From an uncultured Planctomycetota bacterium (lineage in GTDB: Bacteria > Planctomycetota > Planctomycetia > Isosphaerales > Isosphaeraceae): 64,000 nucleotides of DNA. The notes beneath the pieces are model-generated. The model was not told the origin of the DNA, searched no databases, and saw only the letters and a program-made list of their open reading frames with translations. The stretch is from assembly GCA_963737655.1 (NCBI GenBank), contig CAVTTN010000002.1, positions 3,424,001-3,488,000 on the forward strand, read 5' to 3'. Numbering within the stretch: the first letter of the stretch is position 1; every line of letters starts with the position of its first letter. Made by a program: the position numbers and the translations under genes. Shown in pieces: positions 30,368 to 40,404 of the stretch.

Positions 30368-30966
30368 TCACCGAGTGGCGGGTTCGGCGGCCAGGACGAC
30401 GCCGAACATGGTGTCCAGGAACGTTTTCAGGGCGCCGAGGAGCGGGCCGTCTTGGCCCGGAGGACGGCCCCTTGCCAGGCGTTCAGCCAGAAGTCGGCCA
30501 GGGCACGGACGTCCAGGCTTGCCGGGAGGTCCCCGGCCTTCTGGGCCTCGCCCAGGCACTCGGCATAGCGATCGACCCAGGTCTCGAAGACCTCTTCCAG
30601 GCGGACTCGGAGCGCCTCGCTCTGGGCGGCCATCTCCTGGCTGAGCGTGCCGACGAGGCATCCGTGGCGGCAGCCCTGCCCGTCGAGCCGGGCGATGATC
30701 GATTCGAAGTACGCGCGGAGCCGATCGAGAGGCCGGAGCGATGCGTCGTGGAAGCACCGATCCATCTGCTCGTCGTAGAACCGGGCGAACCGGTCGATGA
30801 CCTGGAGGCCGAAGTCCTCCTTGCTCTTGAAATAGTTATAAAACGAGCCTTTCGGAACGTCGGCCGCCTGGAGGATCGCCTCGATGCCCGAGTTGGTGTA
30901 GCCCGTCTCGGAGAAGATCCGCGTGCCGACCTCCAAGAGGAGGTTCTTCGTCTCACCCCTGGCCAT
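30368..30966 (-). CDS. nemR: TetR-family regulator, NemR-like (frameshift near 30430)
   Basis: GYTNSGIEAILQAADVPKGSFYNYFKSKEDFG, HGCLVG, WQGAVLRAK; lies upstream of nemA. Confidence 0.85.
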
Positions 30967-31038
30967 GAATGGACCCCGGACTTCGTCGTCTCGTTGCGTC
31001 GCCCGACCAATCCGCCGCAATCCCGTTGCCCTCAAGAT

Positions 31039-31050
31039 TAGACCGGTCGT
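31039..31050. promoter_or_regulatory. Second putative NemR-type operator, upstream of nemR
   Basis: TAGACCGGTCGT, a 10/12 match to the 30305 palindrome. Confidence 0.6.
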
Positions 31051-31247
31051 CTCGGGGGATCAAGGGGGAACATTTGTCGAGATCCGGAGGCCCGGGGCGT
31101 CCGAACGGCGGGGCGCCGAGGTCCGGATGCCCCCTTGCCGGATCCGGCCCCAACCGCCAGAGTAGGGGCGAAATCCGAGCCGGCGCGGGCCCTCGGCGTG
31201 AGAGCGGACCCGGAAACCGGCGTTTTCGTCCCGGTCGAGGAGGTCGG

Positions 31248-31841
31248 ATGAAGATCGCGGTCGGATCGATGTCTCTGGCGGCGGTCGTGCTGTCGCTGGT
31301 CGTGGCGACAACGCCGGCGCAGGAACCGAAAACGGAGAAGGGCAAGCCCGCGCCCGAGGAGCAGACCGGGCTGAAGGTCGGCGAGAAGGCCCCGGCCTTC
31401 ACGCTGAAGGACCCGGACGGCAAGGAACGCCGGCTCGACGAGTTCCTCAAGAAGGGCAAGGTCGCCCTGGTCTTCTATCGATCCGCCGACTGGTGACCCT
31501 TCTGCAAGACGCAGCTGGTCCAGCTGCAACGCGACCTCAAGGCGATCGAAGATGCGGGATTGCAGGTCGTCGGCATCAGCTACGATGACCCCAAGATCCT
31601 CAAGACCTTCACCGATCGCAACAAGATCACGTTCCCCCTGCTCTCCGACCCGGAGAGCCGGGTGATCGAGGCGTACAACATCCGCAACCCGGCCGCCCGG
31701 GGCAAGGCGGAGGGCGTTCCCTATCCCGGGACGTTCCTCATCGACGCGAAGGGGACGATCCGCGCGAAGCTCTTCCTGGAAGGGTATCGCGACCGCCACT
31801 CCTCCGAGGCCCTGATCCGGGCCGCCAGGGCGATGGATTGA
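31248..31841 (+). CDS. Exported peroxiredoxin-like (AhpC/TSA) selenoprotein; in-frame TGA at 31494-31496 read as Sec
   Basis: GAGGAGG SD and a signal peptide. GEKAPAFTL...LVFYRSADW-TGA-PFC...VVGISYD...FPLLSD...TFLID is continuous in one frame. Confidence 0.85.
31497..31527 (+). promoter_or_regulatory. Putative bacterial SECIS element
   Basis: GCAGCTG-GTC-CAGCTGC hairpin with a G-first apical loop starting 21 nt after the UGA. Confidence 0.6.
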
Positions 31842-31846
31842 CGCGA

Positions 31847-31878
31847 AATCGTGGCGAAACGGCCGTTTCGCCACGATT
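31847..31878. terminator. Perfect 32-nt palindrome between convergent genes (bidirectional terminator-like)
   Basis: AATCGTGGCGAAACGG CCGTTTCGCCACGATT. Confidence 0.65.
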
Positions 31879-31883
31879 CCCCA

Positions 31884-33176
31884 TCAATACCGGACCCAGA
31901 GCAGCCAGGCCACGCCGACGAAGGTCGTCAGGATCGTCACCGGGACGCCGACCTTGAGATACTCGAAGAACCCGAGCTCGGTGCCCGACCGGCGGGCGTT
32001 CTCGACGACGATCAGGTTCGCCACCGAGCCCAGGACCGTCAGGTTCCCGGCCAGGGTGCTGGACATGGCCAGGGCGAGCCAGGCCGTTTCCTTCTGAGGC
32101 ATGACCTTCATCAACGGCTCGAACAGGAGGACGGCCGGGACGTTGGAGACGAGGTTCGAAAGCGCCGCCGAGAGCAGGCTGACCAGGACCACGGGCGAAT
32201 CCAGGAGGGCCCGCCACCGGTCGATCCCCCAGGTGCGGACCACGTGGACCTCGAAGGCGTGGACCACCACGAACAGGCCGCAGAACATCACGAGCAACGG
32301 CCAGTCCACGGCGCGGAACGCCCTCTCGGGCTTCACGCGGTCCACCAGGCAAACCGCCGCCGCGCCCAGGGCCACGGTCGCGATCGGCCATCCGGCGAAG
32401 AACAGGCCGATGGTCGCCAGGGTCACCAGGACGCTCTTGATCAGCAACCCGCGGTGGACCCGGAACCTCGGGGCCCCGGCCGACGACGGGGCCGGGAGCT
32501 CCGCGGCCATCTCGGCTCGATAGACGATCGCCACGATCAGGAAGTCCAGGACCAGCCCCACCAGCGCGATCGGCGCGAGCCGGGCCGAGAACCGCAAGTA
32601 AGAGATCCCCGAGAGGCTCCCGATGATCACGTTCTGGGGATTGCCGGTGATCGTCGCCACCGAGCCGATGTTCGAGGCCGTCGCCAGCCCCACGAGATAC
32701 GGGATCGGCGGCCGGCGCAGCCTCCGGCAGAGCACGACGACCAGGGGGGTCAAGGCCACGCAGACCACATCATTGACCAGGAATGCCGAGAGCCCGCCGG
32801 ATAAGCCGACGATCACGGCCAGGAGCATCTTCGGGCCGGCGAACCGCTCCGCGATCCTCTCGGTGGCCAGGGCGAAGAACCCGGACATCTCCAGGTACGC
32901 GACCAGGACCATCATGCCGAACAGGAGGAGGATCGTCCGGTAATCGACGGCTCCGGCGGCCTCCGGCAGGTCCAGGACGCCGAACGCCAGCATCGCGGAG
33001 GCGCCGACCAGGGCGATCGCGGGGCGGTCGAGCTTCAGGCCCGGCACCTTCCCGGCGGCGAGCCCGGCGTAGGTCAGGCCGAAGATCGTCGAGACCAGCG
33101 CGATCGAGGGCGAGGGGACGGGGTTTCCGACGGCGGTCGTCACGAGAGGGGGCCTCCGGGTCGGTTCGGGCGTCAT
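31884..33176 (-). CDS. ArsB/NhaD (IT superfamily) anion transporter
   Basis: LDRPAIAL, VDYRTILLLFGMM, LVNDVVC, SNIGSVATITGNPQN, LVSNVPA, TLAGNLT..GSVANLIV. Confidence 0.9.
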   Translation of the reverse strand: MTPEPTRRPPLVTTAVGNPVPSPSIALVSTIFGLTYAGLAAGKVPGLKLDRPAIALVGASAMLAFGVLDLPEAAGAVDYRTILLLFGMMVLVAYLEMSGFFALATERIAERFAGPKMLLAVIVGLSGGLSAFLVNDVVCVALTPLVVVLCRRLRRPPIPYLVGLATASNIGSVATITGNPQNVIIGSLSGISYLRFSARLAPIALVGLVLDFLIVAIVYRAEMAAELPAPSSAGAPRFRVHRGLLIKSVLVTLATIGLFFAGWPIATVALGAAAVCLVDRVKPERAFRAVDWPLLVMFCGLFVVVHAFEVHVVRTWGIDRWRALLDSPVVLVSLLSAALSNLVSNVPAVLLFEPLMKVMPQKETAWLALAMSSTLAGNLTVLGSVANLIVVENARRSGTELGFFEYLKVGVPVTILTTFVGVAWLLWVRY

Positions 33177-33183
33177 CCGCAAA

Positions 33184-34429
33184 TCAGGGAGAGGTGGAGA
33201 GGTCCGAGACCAATCCCATCGGCTCGACCTCGCCCCGAGCATCCACCTCGCGATGGCTCGGGCGGGTCTCGGGGACGAGGATCGCGAGGATCGCCAGGCC
33301 CACGACGCCGACCCCCGCCAGGACGCCGAACGTCGCGCGATACCCGAGAGGGCCGACGAGGAACCCCGAGGCGAACGGCCCGAGCGCCGAGCCGAAGACG
33401 AGCGAGCAGCCCACGATCGCCTGGGCCTCGCCCGATCGGCGAGGGTCGCCCAGCCGGTCGGTCACCCACGCGGCGGCGATCACCGCGAAGATGCCGTTGC
33501 TCAGGCCGTCGAGCGCCTGGTTGGCCACGATCACCCACGGCCCCGGTGCCGCCCCGACGATCGCGAGCCGGATCGCCATGATGGTCCATCCCGCGATCAA
33601 CAACGGCTTCCGGCCGATCCGATCGGCCAGCCACCCGGCGGGCCAGACGACCAGCATCCAGGCGACCATGCTCACGACGAACGCCAGTCCGAGCATCCAT
33701 TCCGGGGCCCCGAGCGTTCGTTTCAGGAACAGGCCGAGATACACGCCCCCGGGCGCATTGGCCGCGTGGTAGAGGACCATCGCCGCCACGAACGCCCAGA
33801 GGCCCGGGTCCCGGAGCGAAGCGGCCCCGGGAGCATCGTCCTTCCGGACTTCGGCCGACGGGCGTTCGTGGGTCTTGTCTTCATGGATGAGCCAGGCGAA
33901 ACCGAGGGCCATCGCCTGGAAGACGGCGATCGGTCCGAGGATCGACGCGACCCCGAACCGCTTCGAGATCACCATCCCGAGGATCGCCACCAGGATGATT
34001 CCCAACGGCTTCCAGAAACGCAAGGAGCCGAGCTCGGCCCCCACGCGGTCGGGGTCGGCCAGGGCGGTGGCCTCGGCCCCGGAGAGGCTTTCGACGACGG
34101 CCCGGCCAAGCCCGTTCTCGGCGAACAGGATGACGAGGAGCCCGAGGGCGATCGTCCCCTCGGCCCGGGGCAGGAGGAACGTCGCCACCGCCACGACGGC
34201 CAGGGCCGCCAGGAGGAACGGCTTGCGCAGTCCCCATCCGATCGGACCACAGCCCGACCGGGAACTGGGCGAGCCCGGCCAGGGCGGCGAGCGTCGAGAC
34301 GTTGGCGATGGCCTGGTCGCTCATCCCCTTGTCGCCGAGGAACAGCGGAAGATAGGGCAAGGTAAACCCGATCGCCGCCATCCCCAGGAAGTAGGCGCCG
34401 TAAAGGCCGATCCGATTGCGAAGGTCCAT
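33184..34429 (-). CDS. MFS transporter (frameshift near 34230)
   Basis: N-half YGAYFLGMAAIGFTLPYLPL..GLWSDR; C-half GWLADRIGRK (MFS motif A). Confidence 0.85.
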
Positions 34430-34555
34430 CGCGAGCGATCCTTGAGGACAGGGGAATCTCGGCCGGATTGGCCCCGGGAGCGGTGTGAGGCGATCCCCGG
34501 AGAGGCACGCCCACCAGGGCGTGGTCATGCCTCCCGGGACGATGGGGAGCGGGAG

Positions 34556-35341
34556 TCAGTCGATCGGAGGGGGAAGGTCGTCACCCTTCACGTCGCGAGG
34601 GGGCGGGCCGTCCTTGGGTCGGGGCCGTTTCTCCGGTTCCCCGGCTTCGCGATCGGGCTTGCGCTTCTCCTTCGGCTCGGGTCCGCGATCGGCCGCCTGG
34701 GCGAGGTGCTCGGGGACGTGGGTGATCGCCTCGGCGGCCCGGGCCAGCTCGCCCCCTCGGTCGTCGCGATGGGCGGCGATGTCCTGGCGGGCGGCGTTGT
34801 AGAGGTCTCGGGCGGCGTCGAAATAGAACGTCTCCTCGGGCCCGGAATGATCGTCGCGAAGCTCGCTGATCCGTTCGTGGGCCCTCTTCAGGTCGCGGCG
34901 GGCCCGCTCGGAGGAGTCCTCGGGGCCTCCGGGGCCGGGAGGGGGCGGCAGGTCGGGGTCGTGGCGGTCGAGCTTCGCGGCGTTTCCGGCGTGATCGACG
35001 GTCCTCGCCAGGTCGTGGGCCGCGAGGGCGAGCTCGCGGGCCTCTCGCTCCTCGCCGGCCCGGTGGGCGTCCAGGGCCCGGCGGTAGAGGCGGGCCGCCC
35101 GGTCGGACCAATCGCGGAGCCTCTCCTCGGAGCGCCCCCCGGGGGGCAGGTCCGACTTGACCCGGCGGATCAGGTCATACGCCTTGCGGAGCTCCCCCTC
35201 CCCGCCCTTCTTGGCCTCGTCCTTCTTCTTCTTTTCCTTCGAGGGCGGCGGGCCGTCGGGCGAGGCCGGCGACGGCTCGACCATCCCGAGGAGGCCGAGC
35301 CCCAGCAGCGACGAGATGCCCATGATGAACCATTTTCCCAT
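34556..35341 (-). CDS. Secreted all-alpha hypothetical protein with an internal duplication
   Basis: Signal-like N-terminus; two related helical units separated by Pro-rich linkers. Confidence 0.75.
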   Translation of the reverse strand: MGKWFIMGISSLLGLGLLGMVEPSPASPDGPPPSKEKKKKDEAKKGGEGELRKAYDLIRRVKSDLPPGGRSEERLRDWSDRAARLYRRALDAHRAGEEREARELALAAHDLARTVDHAGNAAKLDRHDPDLPPPPGPGGPEDSSERARRDLKRAHERISELRDDHSGPEETFYFDAARDLYNAARQDIAAHRDDRGGELARAAEAITHVPEHLAQAADRGPEPKEKRKPDREAGEPEKRPRPKDGPPPRDVKGDDLPPPID

Positions 35342-35412
35342 GGCGGAATTCCTCCCAAACGTGAGCGAGATCGGACCGGCCGTCCCTCGACCGATCCGCC
35401 GCTCTCACACCA

Positions 35413-35430
35413 AAGCACCGGCGATGCCAG
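35413..35430 (-). promoter_or_regulatory. Putative sigma54 promoter for the 35341-31884 operon
   Basis: Minus strand CTGGCATCGCCGGTGCTT (GG-N10-GC), divergent from a sigma54 activator. Confidence 0.65.
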
Positions 35431-35575
35431 AGGGCCGAATCGGCGGTTTTTCGGCGGTTTCGGGCGGGTTGAACCGAGAACACGGGCACGATCCCCCCGC
35501 CGTCCCGGGGGCTTCCCGCCCAGAGCGGCCCGGCGATTGCAGCCGAACGACTCGGCCTCTTCCGAAGGAGGGAGC

Positions 35576-36962
35576 GTGGGCGAGTCGGGACGATTCCGGG
35601 TGCCGTTGACGGCGAGGATCGGGGCGGTCGCGCTCCTGTTCGTGGCCGCATGCGCCATTCTCTGGTGGACCGGAGGCGCGGTCGTCGAGCGAGAGCGGCG
35701 ACGGGCCGAGGCCCAGGCCACGCTCGCCTCGGTCGGCCGGGCGATGGAAGAGCGAGGCCGGGCCGTCCTGGCATCCGTCCCCGACTTCCCTCAATACATG
35801 GGTGAACCCGAATGGAAAGCGCTCGGGGAGAGGCTCGGCGCCGAGGCCCGCCTCGTCCTGGCCGGACATCCGGAGGTGGAAGGCGGCTTCTATGCCCGCG
35901 TCCTCGGCGACCGTCGGTTCCTGCCCGAGCCCTCGGGGTCCGATTCCTCGGCGATCGACTCGGTGGAGACCCAGTCCGACGCCGCGATCCGCAAGAGGAA
36001 GACCCTGCTCGTCGTCGAGGCCATGCCGGGCCGCTCGGTGGCGATCCGCACCGCCCCGATCCGCGAGGGGGAGCGCGTGGTCGCCGCGACGTGGGCCACG
36101 ATCCCGCTCGACGACTCCGTCTTCGCCAATCGCTCGATCCTCGGCTATCGGCTGGCGGCGGTCCTGGCATTGTCGGGGATCGCGCTCTCGCTCCTGTTGA
36201 CGATCGGGCTGGCCCGGACGGTCCGCCGCCAGGCCGAGGAGAGGAACCGGCTCCAGGCCGACCTCCGCCGCAAGGAACGGCTCGCCTCCCTCGGCAAATT
36301 GCTGGCGGGTGTGGCCCACGAGGTCCGCAACCCCCTGGCCGGCATCCGATCGACGGTCCAGCTCTGGCAGAGGGGGGCCGAGCCGTCGGACGAGGCGTTC
36401 GGCGGGCTGATCGATGAGGTGGATCGGCTCGAAGGGATCGTCTCGCGGCTCCTCCTGTTCTCGAAGGCCAACACCCACGAGACCGAACCCGGCGACCTCA
36501 ACGCCGTGGTGGCGGAGGCCGCGAGGCTGGCCCGGACCTCGGCCGATTCGATGGGCGTGGTCGTCGAGACGGACCTCGCCCCGGGGCCGATCCCGGTGGC
36601 GATGGCGAGCCCGGCCGTGATCCAGGTCTTCCGCAACCTCACCACCAACGCCTTGCAGATGATGCCCGAGGGGGGCGTCCTCACGCTGGCCACGAGGATC
36701 GACCCGGCCCGGGGGACGGCCGAGGCGAGCGTCCGGGACACCGGCACGGGGATCTCCTCGGAGGCGCTCAAGCATCTCTTCGAGCCGTTTTTCACCACGA
36801 GGGCCGAGGGGACCGGGCTCGGCCTGGCGATCGCCCGGGAAATCGCCCTGGCCCATCGCGGCGAGCTCCTCGGCCGAGAATCGACAGGACTCCCCCGGGG
36901 CGGTGTTCACCCTGCGGTTGCCGACGATCCCGACTTCCCGAGACGGAGACCCGAGCCGATGA
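35576..36962 (+). CDS. Sensor histidine kinase, NtrB-like (frameshift near 36870)
   Basis: Two TMs, LAGVAHEVRNPL, NLTTNA, DTGTG, FEPFFTTR..GTGLGL. The true end GAVFTLRLP...* overlaps the next ATG (ATGA). Confidence 0.9.
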
Positions 36963-38355
36963 CCGACCCGCCGACGATCCTCGTCGCCGACGACGACCGG
37001 ACGATCCGCCGGAACCTCGTCCAGTTGATGACGATGGAAGGGTTCCGCGCCCTGGAAGCGGCCGACGGCCTCGAAGCCCTCGCCGCCATCCGGACCGAGA
37101 GGCCCGATGCCGTCCTGCTCGACCTGAAGATGCCCGGTCGCGACGGCCTGGAAGTTCTCGGCGCCCTGGGTTCGGAGCTCAAGGATCTGCCGGTGATCGT
37201 GGTCACGGCCTTCGGAGGCTCCGCGGCGGCCATCGAGGCGATCCGCCGAGGGGCCTATGACTACCTGACGAAGCCGTTCGACCTCGACGAAGTCCTGATC
37301 ACGCTCCGCCGGGCCCTCCGTCAGCGGGAACTCGCCCGGGAGCTGGCCGAGCTTCGCGCCGGACTCCGGCGCCGGCCGAGCCCCGTCATCCCGGGGGCGA
37401 GCCCGAGATGGTCGGCTCGTCTCCGGCGATCCGGGAGGTCTTCAAGGCGATCGGCCGGGCCGCGGCGACCGATGTCCCGGTGCTGATTTTGGGCGAGAGC
37501 GGCACGGGCAAGGAGCTGGCCGCCGGGGCCCTCCATCGCCATTCCCCGCGGGCGTCCGGCCCGATGGTGAAGGTCAATTGCGCGGCCCTGCCGGAGACCC
37601 TGATCGAGTCCGAGCTGTTCGGCCACGAGAAGGGCGCCTTCACCGGGGCCGACCGCCAGAAGCCGGGTCGGTTCGAACGGGCCGGAGGCGGGACGATCTT
37701 CCTCGACGAGGTGGGCGAAATCCCCCCGAGCGTCCAGGCGAAGCTCTTGAGGGTCCTCCAGCAGCACGAATTCGAGCGAGTCGGGGGCACCGAGACGCTC
37801 CGCACCGAGGCCCGGGTCGTCGCCGCGACCCATCGCGACCTGCCAAAGGAGGTCGCCGCGGGCCGGTTCCGCGAGGATTTGTACTATCGCTTGAACGTGA
37901 TGACGATCACGATCCCGCCGCTTCGCGAACGGCCCGAGGACCTGGGAATCCTCTGCGAGCACATCCTCCGAGGGCTGGAACGGCGGTATGGATGGGACCG
38001 CCTGGCGATCTCGCCCGAGGCGATGGCGGCGATCGGCGGGGCACCCTGGCCGGGGAACGTCCGGCAACTGGAGAATGCCCTGGCCCGGGCGGCCGTCGCC
38101 GCGAGAGGGCGGGTGATCCTCCCCGAGCATCTCGACCCCGCCGGGCCCGCGGCCTCGCCCAGCCTCCCCGGCGGTTCCCGGCCCGACGATCCCCCCCTGC
38201 CCCTCCGCGCCGTCCTGGCCGAGGTGGAGCGCCGGACCATCCAGGACGCCCTCTCGTCCTGCGAGGGCAACCGCACCCGGGCCGCGAAGCGTCTCGGGAT
38301 CAGCCGTCGGCAATTGTTCGACAAGGTGAAGGAATACGACCTCCACGTCCCCTGA
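36959..38355 (+). CDS. NtrC-family sigma54-dependent response regulator (frameshift near 37390)
   Basis: Receiver (VADDD, LLDLKMP, KPF), [31 protein letters not shown], and a Fis-type HTH. Confidence 0.93.
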
Positions 38356-38436
38356 TCGGAATCCGGCGAACTCCCGGGCTTCGCTCGGTGTCCCTCCCCT
38401 CGTGAGATCCGTCCCCCGCTTCGAAGGAGGCCGACC

Positions 38437-38490
38437 ATGAGTGCGACGAGTCCGCGTCCCTCGCCATCTCCTCACCTTCCCCATCCCTGA
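38437..38490 (+). other. Putative Pro/Ser-rich leader peptide (uORF) followed by a hairpin at 38489-38514
   Basis: AAGGAGG SD, 6-nt spacer, MSATSPRPSPSPHLPHP*; stem GACGGCGCCTC/GAGGTGCCGTC. Confidence 0.4.
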
Positions 38491-38537
38491 CGGCGCCTCG
38501 GTCGAGGTGCCGTCTTCCCTCCCTTTTTTGGGTGGTT

Positions 38538-38949
38538 ATGACCCCTCGAAAGCCCTCGAAGAAGCTCCTTCGCTCCCTGTGCGGCTCGGTCGGCCCCGAC
38601 GATGGCCAGGACCCTCGATTCGACTCGCGAGGCGGCCGAGCGAAGGGGGATCGCAAGGCCCGACAACTCTGCGCCCCAGGCCGCCCAGGCGATCCAGCTC
38701 GCCCTGGCCGACTCTCCGGGCGAGGATTGGCTCCTCGGCCTGATCGTGGCCCGGGTCGATCCGGCGCCCGACTCGTCGCGGCTGCTCGTGACGGTCCAGG
38801 CGTTCGACGACCGATTGCGAGGCGATCCCTCGGCCGTCCTCGACCATCTGGAACGGGCGACGCCCCGGCTCCGCCTGGCCGTGGCCTCGGCGACGACCCG
38901 CCGCAAGGCCCCCAGCCTCGCGTTTCGGATCGCCTTGACCCCGGGATAA
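38538..38949 (+). CDS. RbfA-like paralog (frameshift near 38675)
   Basis: DRKARQLCxQ...LLGLIVARVDPAPDSSRLLVTV...LERATPRLRLAVA...RRKAPSLAF parallels the RbfA KH-like pattern (V..V.V..D...A.V.V ... R..PEL.F). Confidence 0.65.
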
Positions 38950-39063
38950 GCCCCATCCGCCGCGCTCTTCGCCGCCTCCGGGCCTTGCCCAAGGGCGACC
39001 ATGTCAATAAGATTGATTGGGATTTGCGACCTCGCGGAAAGGGACGGCGCCGGTGGCCCGATC

Positions 39064-39474
39064 ATGAAGATCTCCGCGAAGGCCGAATACGCGTGCCTGG
39101 CGATCCTCGCCCTGGCGAGGACCGGCGCCGACAGCGCCCCGGTGCGGATCCGGGACATCGCCGAGGAGCACGGCATCCCGGAGCGTTACCTCGTCCAGAT
39201 CCTCCTCCAGTTGAAGGGGGCGGGCCTGGTCTTCAGCAGTCGGGGGGCCTCGGGCGGCTACCGATTGGCCCGGTCCGCCGACCAGATTTCGCTCCGGGAC
39301 GTCCTCTCGGCGATCGACGGGCCGGGCGACCCGCCCAAGGAGCCGACCCTGCCCGGGGCCCGCGTCCTGAACCACGTCCTCGAAGAGATCCGGGCCGCCG
39401 AGAAGGCCGTTTTGGACCGGACCTCGATCGCCCAGCTCGCCGGCAAGATGGGCGGGCCGGATTGGGTCATTTGA
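39064..39474 (+). CDS. Rrf2-family transcriptional regulator (CymR-like, no Fe-S Cys triad)
   Basis: MKISAKAEYA..IAEEHGIPERYLVQILLQLKGAGLVFSSRGASGGYRLAR..ISLRDV..IDG. Confidence 0.92.
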   Translation: MKISAKAEYACLAILALARTGADSAPVRIRDIAEEHGIPERYLVQILLQLKGAGLVFSSRGASGGYRLARSADQISLRDVLSAIDGPGDPPKEPTLPGARVLNHVLEEIRAAEKAVLDRTSIAQLAGKMGGPDWVI

Positions 39475-40379
39475 CCGGGCGTTCCGGCACGTCGATCGTC
39501 ACCTCCACCCTCTGACCGAGCTTCAGGGGGGTCGGCGACGCGAATGCGATCTTGACCGGCAGGACCCGGGCGTCAATCGGGCGACCCGGGTCCTCGGGCC
39601 TCATCTTCCGGCCCACCACCGAATCGGGAATCTCCTCGATCGAGCCCAGCCAGTCGGACCGATATCCTTCGGCCGTGATCCGGACCGGGGCCCCGAGGCC
39701 ACCCGGGCGGTGTCGAACTCGTCCACCTCGGCCTCGACTCGAAGCCGGGTCAGGTCCGCGATCGTGACGATCCGGGAGGCGGCGTCGAGGGTCTCTCCGG
39801 GATGGACGTGCCGGGCGAGGACCACCCCATCGATGGGCGCCACGATCCGAGTCTTGGCGATCAGGGCGTCGAAGCGATCTCGCGAGGCCAGGGCGGCGAG
39901 ACGGCGGGCCCGGGCCGCGTCCAGCCCTCGTCGGTGGTTGTCCAGCGCCTGGGTGGTGCCGGAGTGCCGGGCCAGGAGCTGCCGTTCGCGGAGGCTCTCC
40001 CGCTCGTAGAACGCGATGTCGGCGTCGGCCTCCGCGGCCCTCGCCTCGGCCTCGGCCCGGGAGGCGCGGAGGTCATCGGACCGGAGTTCGGCGATCATGT
40101 CGCCCCGCTTCACCACGCTCTTCTCCTCGACCGGCAGGCGAACAATCAGCCCGGAGACCTCGGTGCCGACGACGACCTCGGCCCCGGGATAGGCGACGAC
40201 CCGACCCTCGGCCGTGACCGTGGGCCGGATCGGGACGGCCGGCGCCGGGGCGTTCGGGTCTCGGCGGCGCCGAGGCGGAGGCCCTCCGGACGAAAACCGG
40301 CGTTCCACGCCGCCCCGGCCGCCAGGGCCAGGCCCAGGGCCGGGACGATTACGCGACGCGCGAGCATCTTCAGGAACAT
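39467..40379 (-). CDS. HlyD/DevB-type periplasmic adaptor (at least two frameshifts)
   Basis: TAEGRV, VKRGDMIAEL, IVAPIDGVV, VEAEVDEFD, LKLGQRVEVTI spread across frames. Confidence 0.8.
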
Positions 40380-40404
40380 CGAAATCCCCCCCATGGTCGA
40401 TCGC

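Noticed and set aside
33875..37486. 1203-aa ORF suggesting a hybrid kinase-receiver fusion
   Set aside because: The N-terminal part is antisense shadow. The kinase's true end (GAVFTLRLP...TGA 36962) is in another frame with an ATGA overlap, so the fusion comes from a frameshift.
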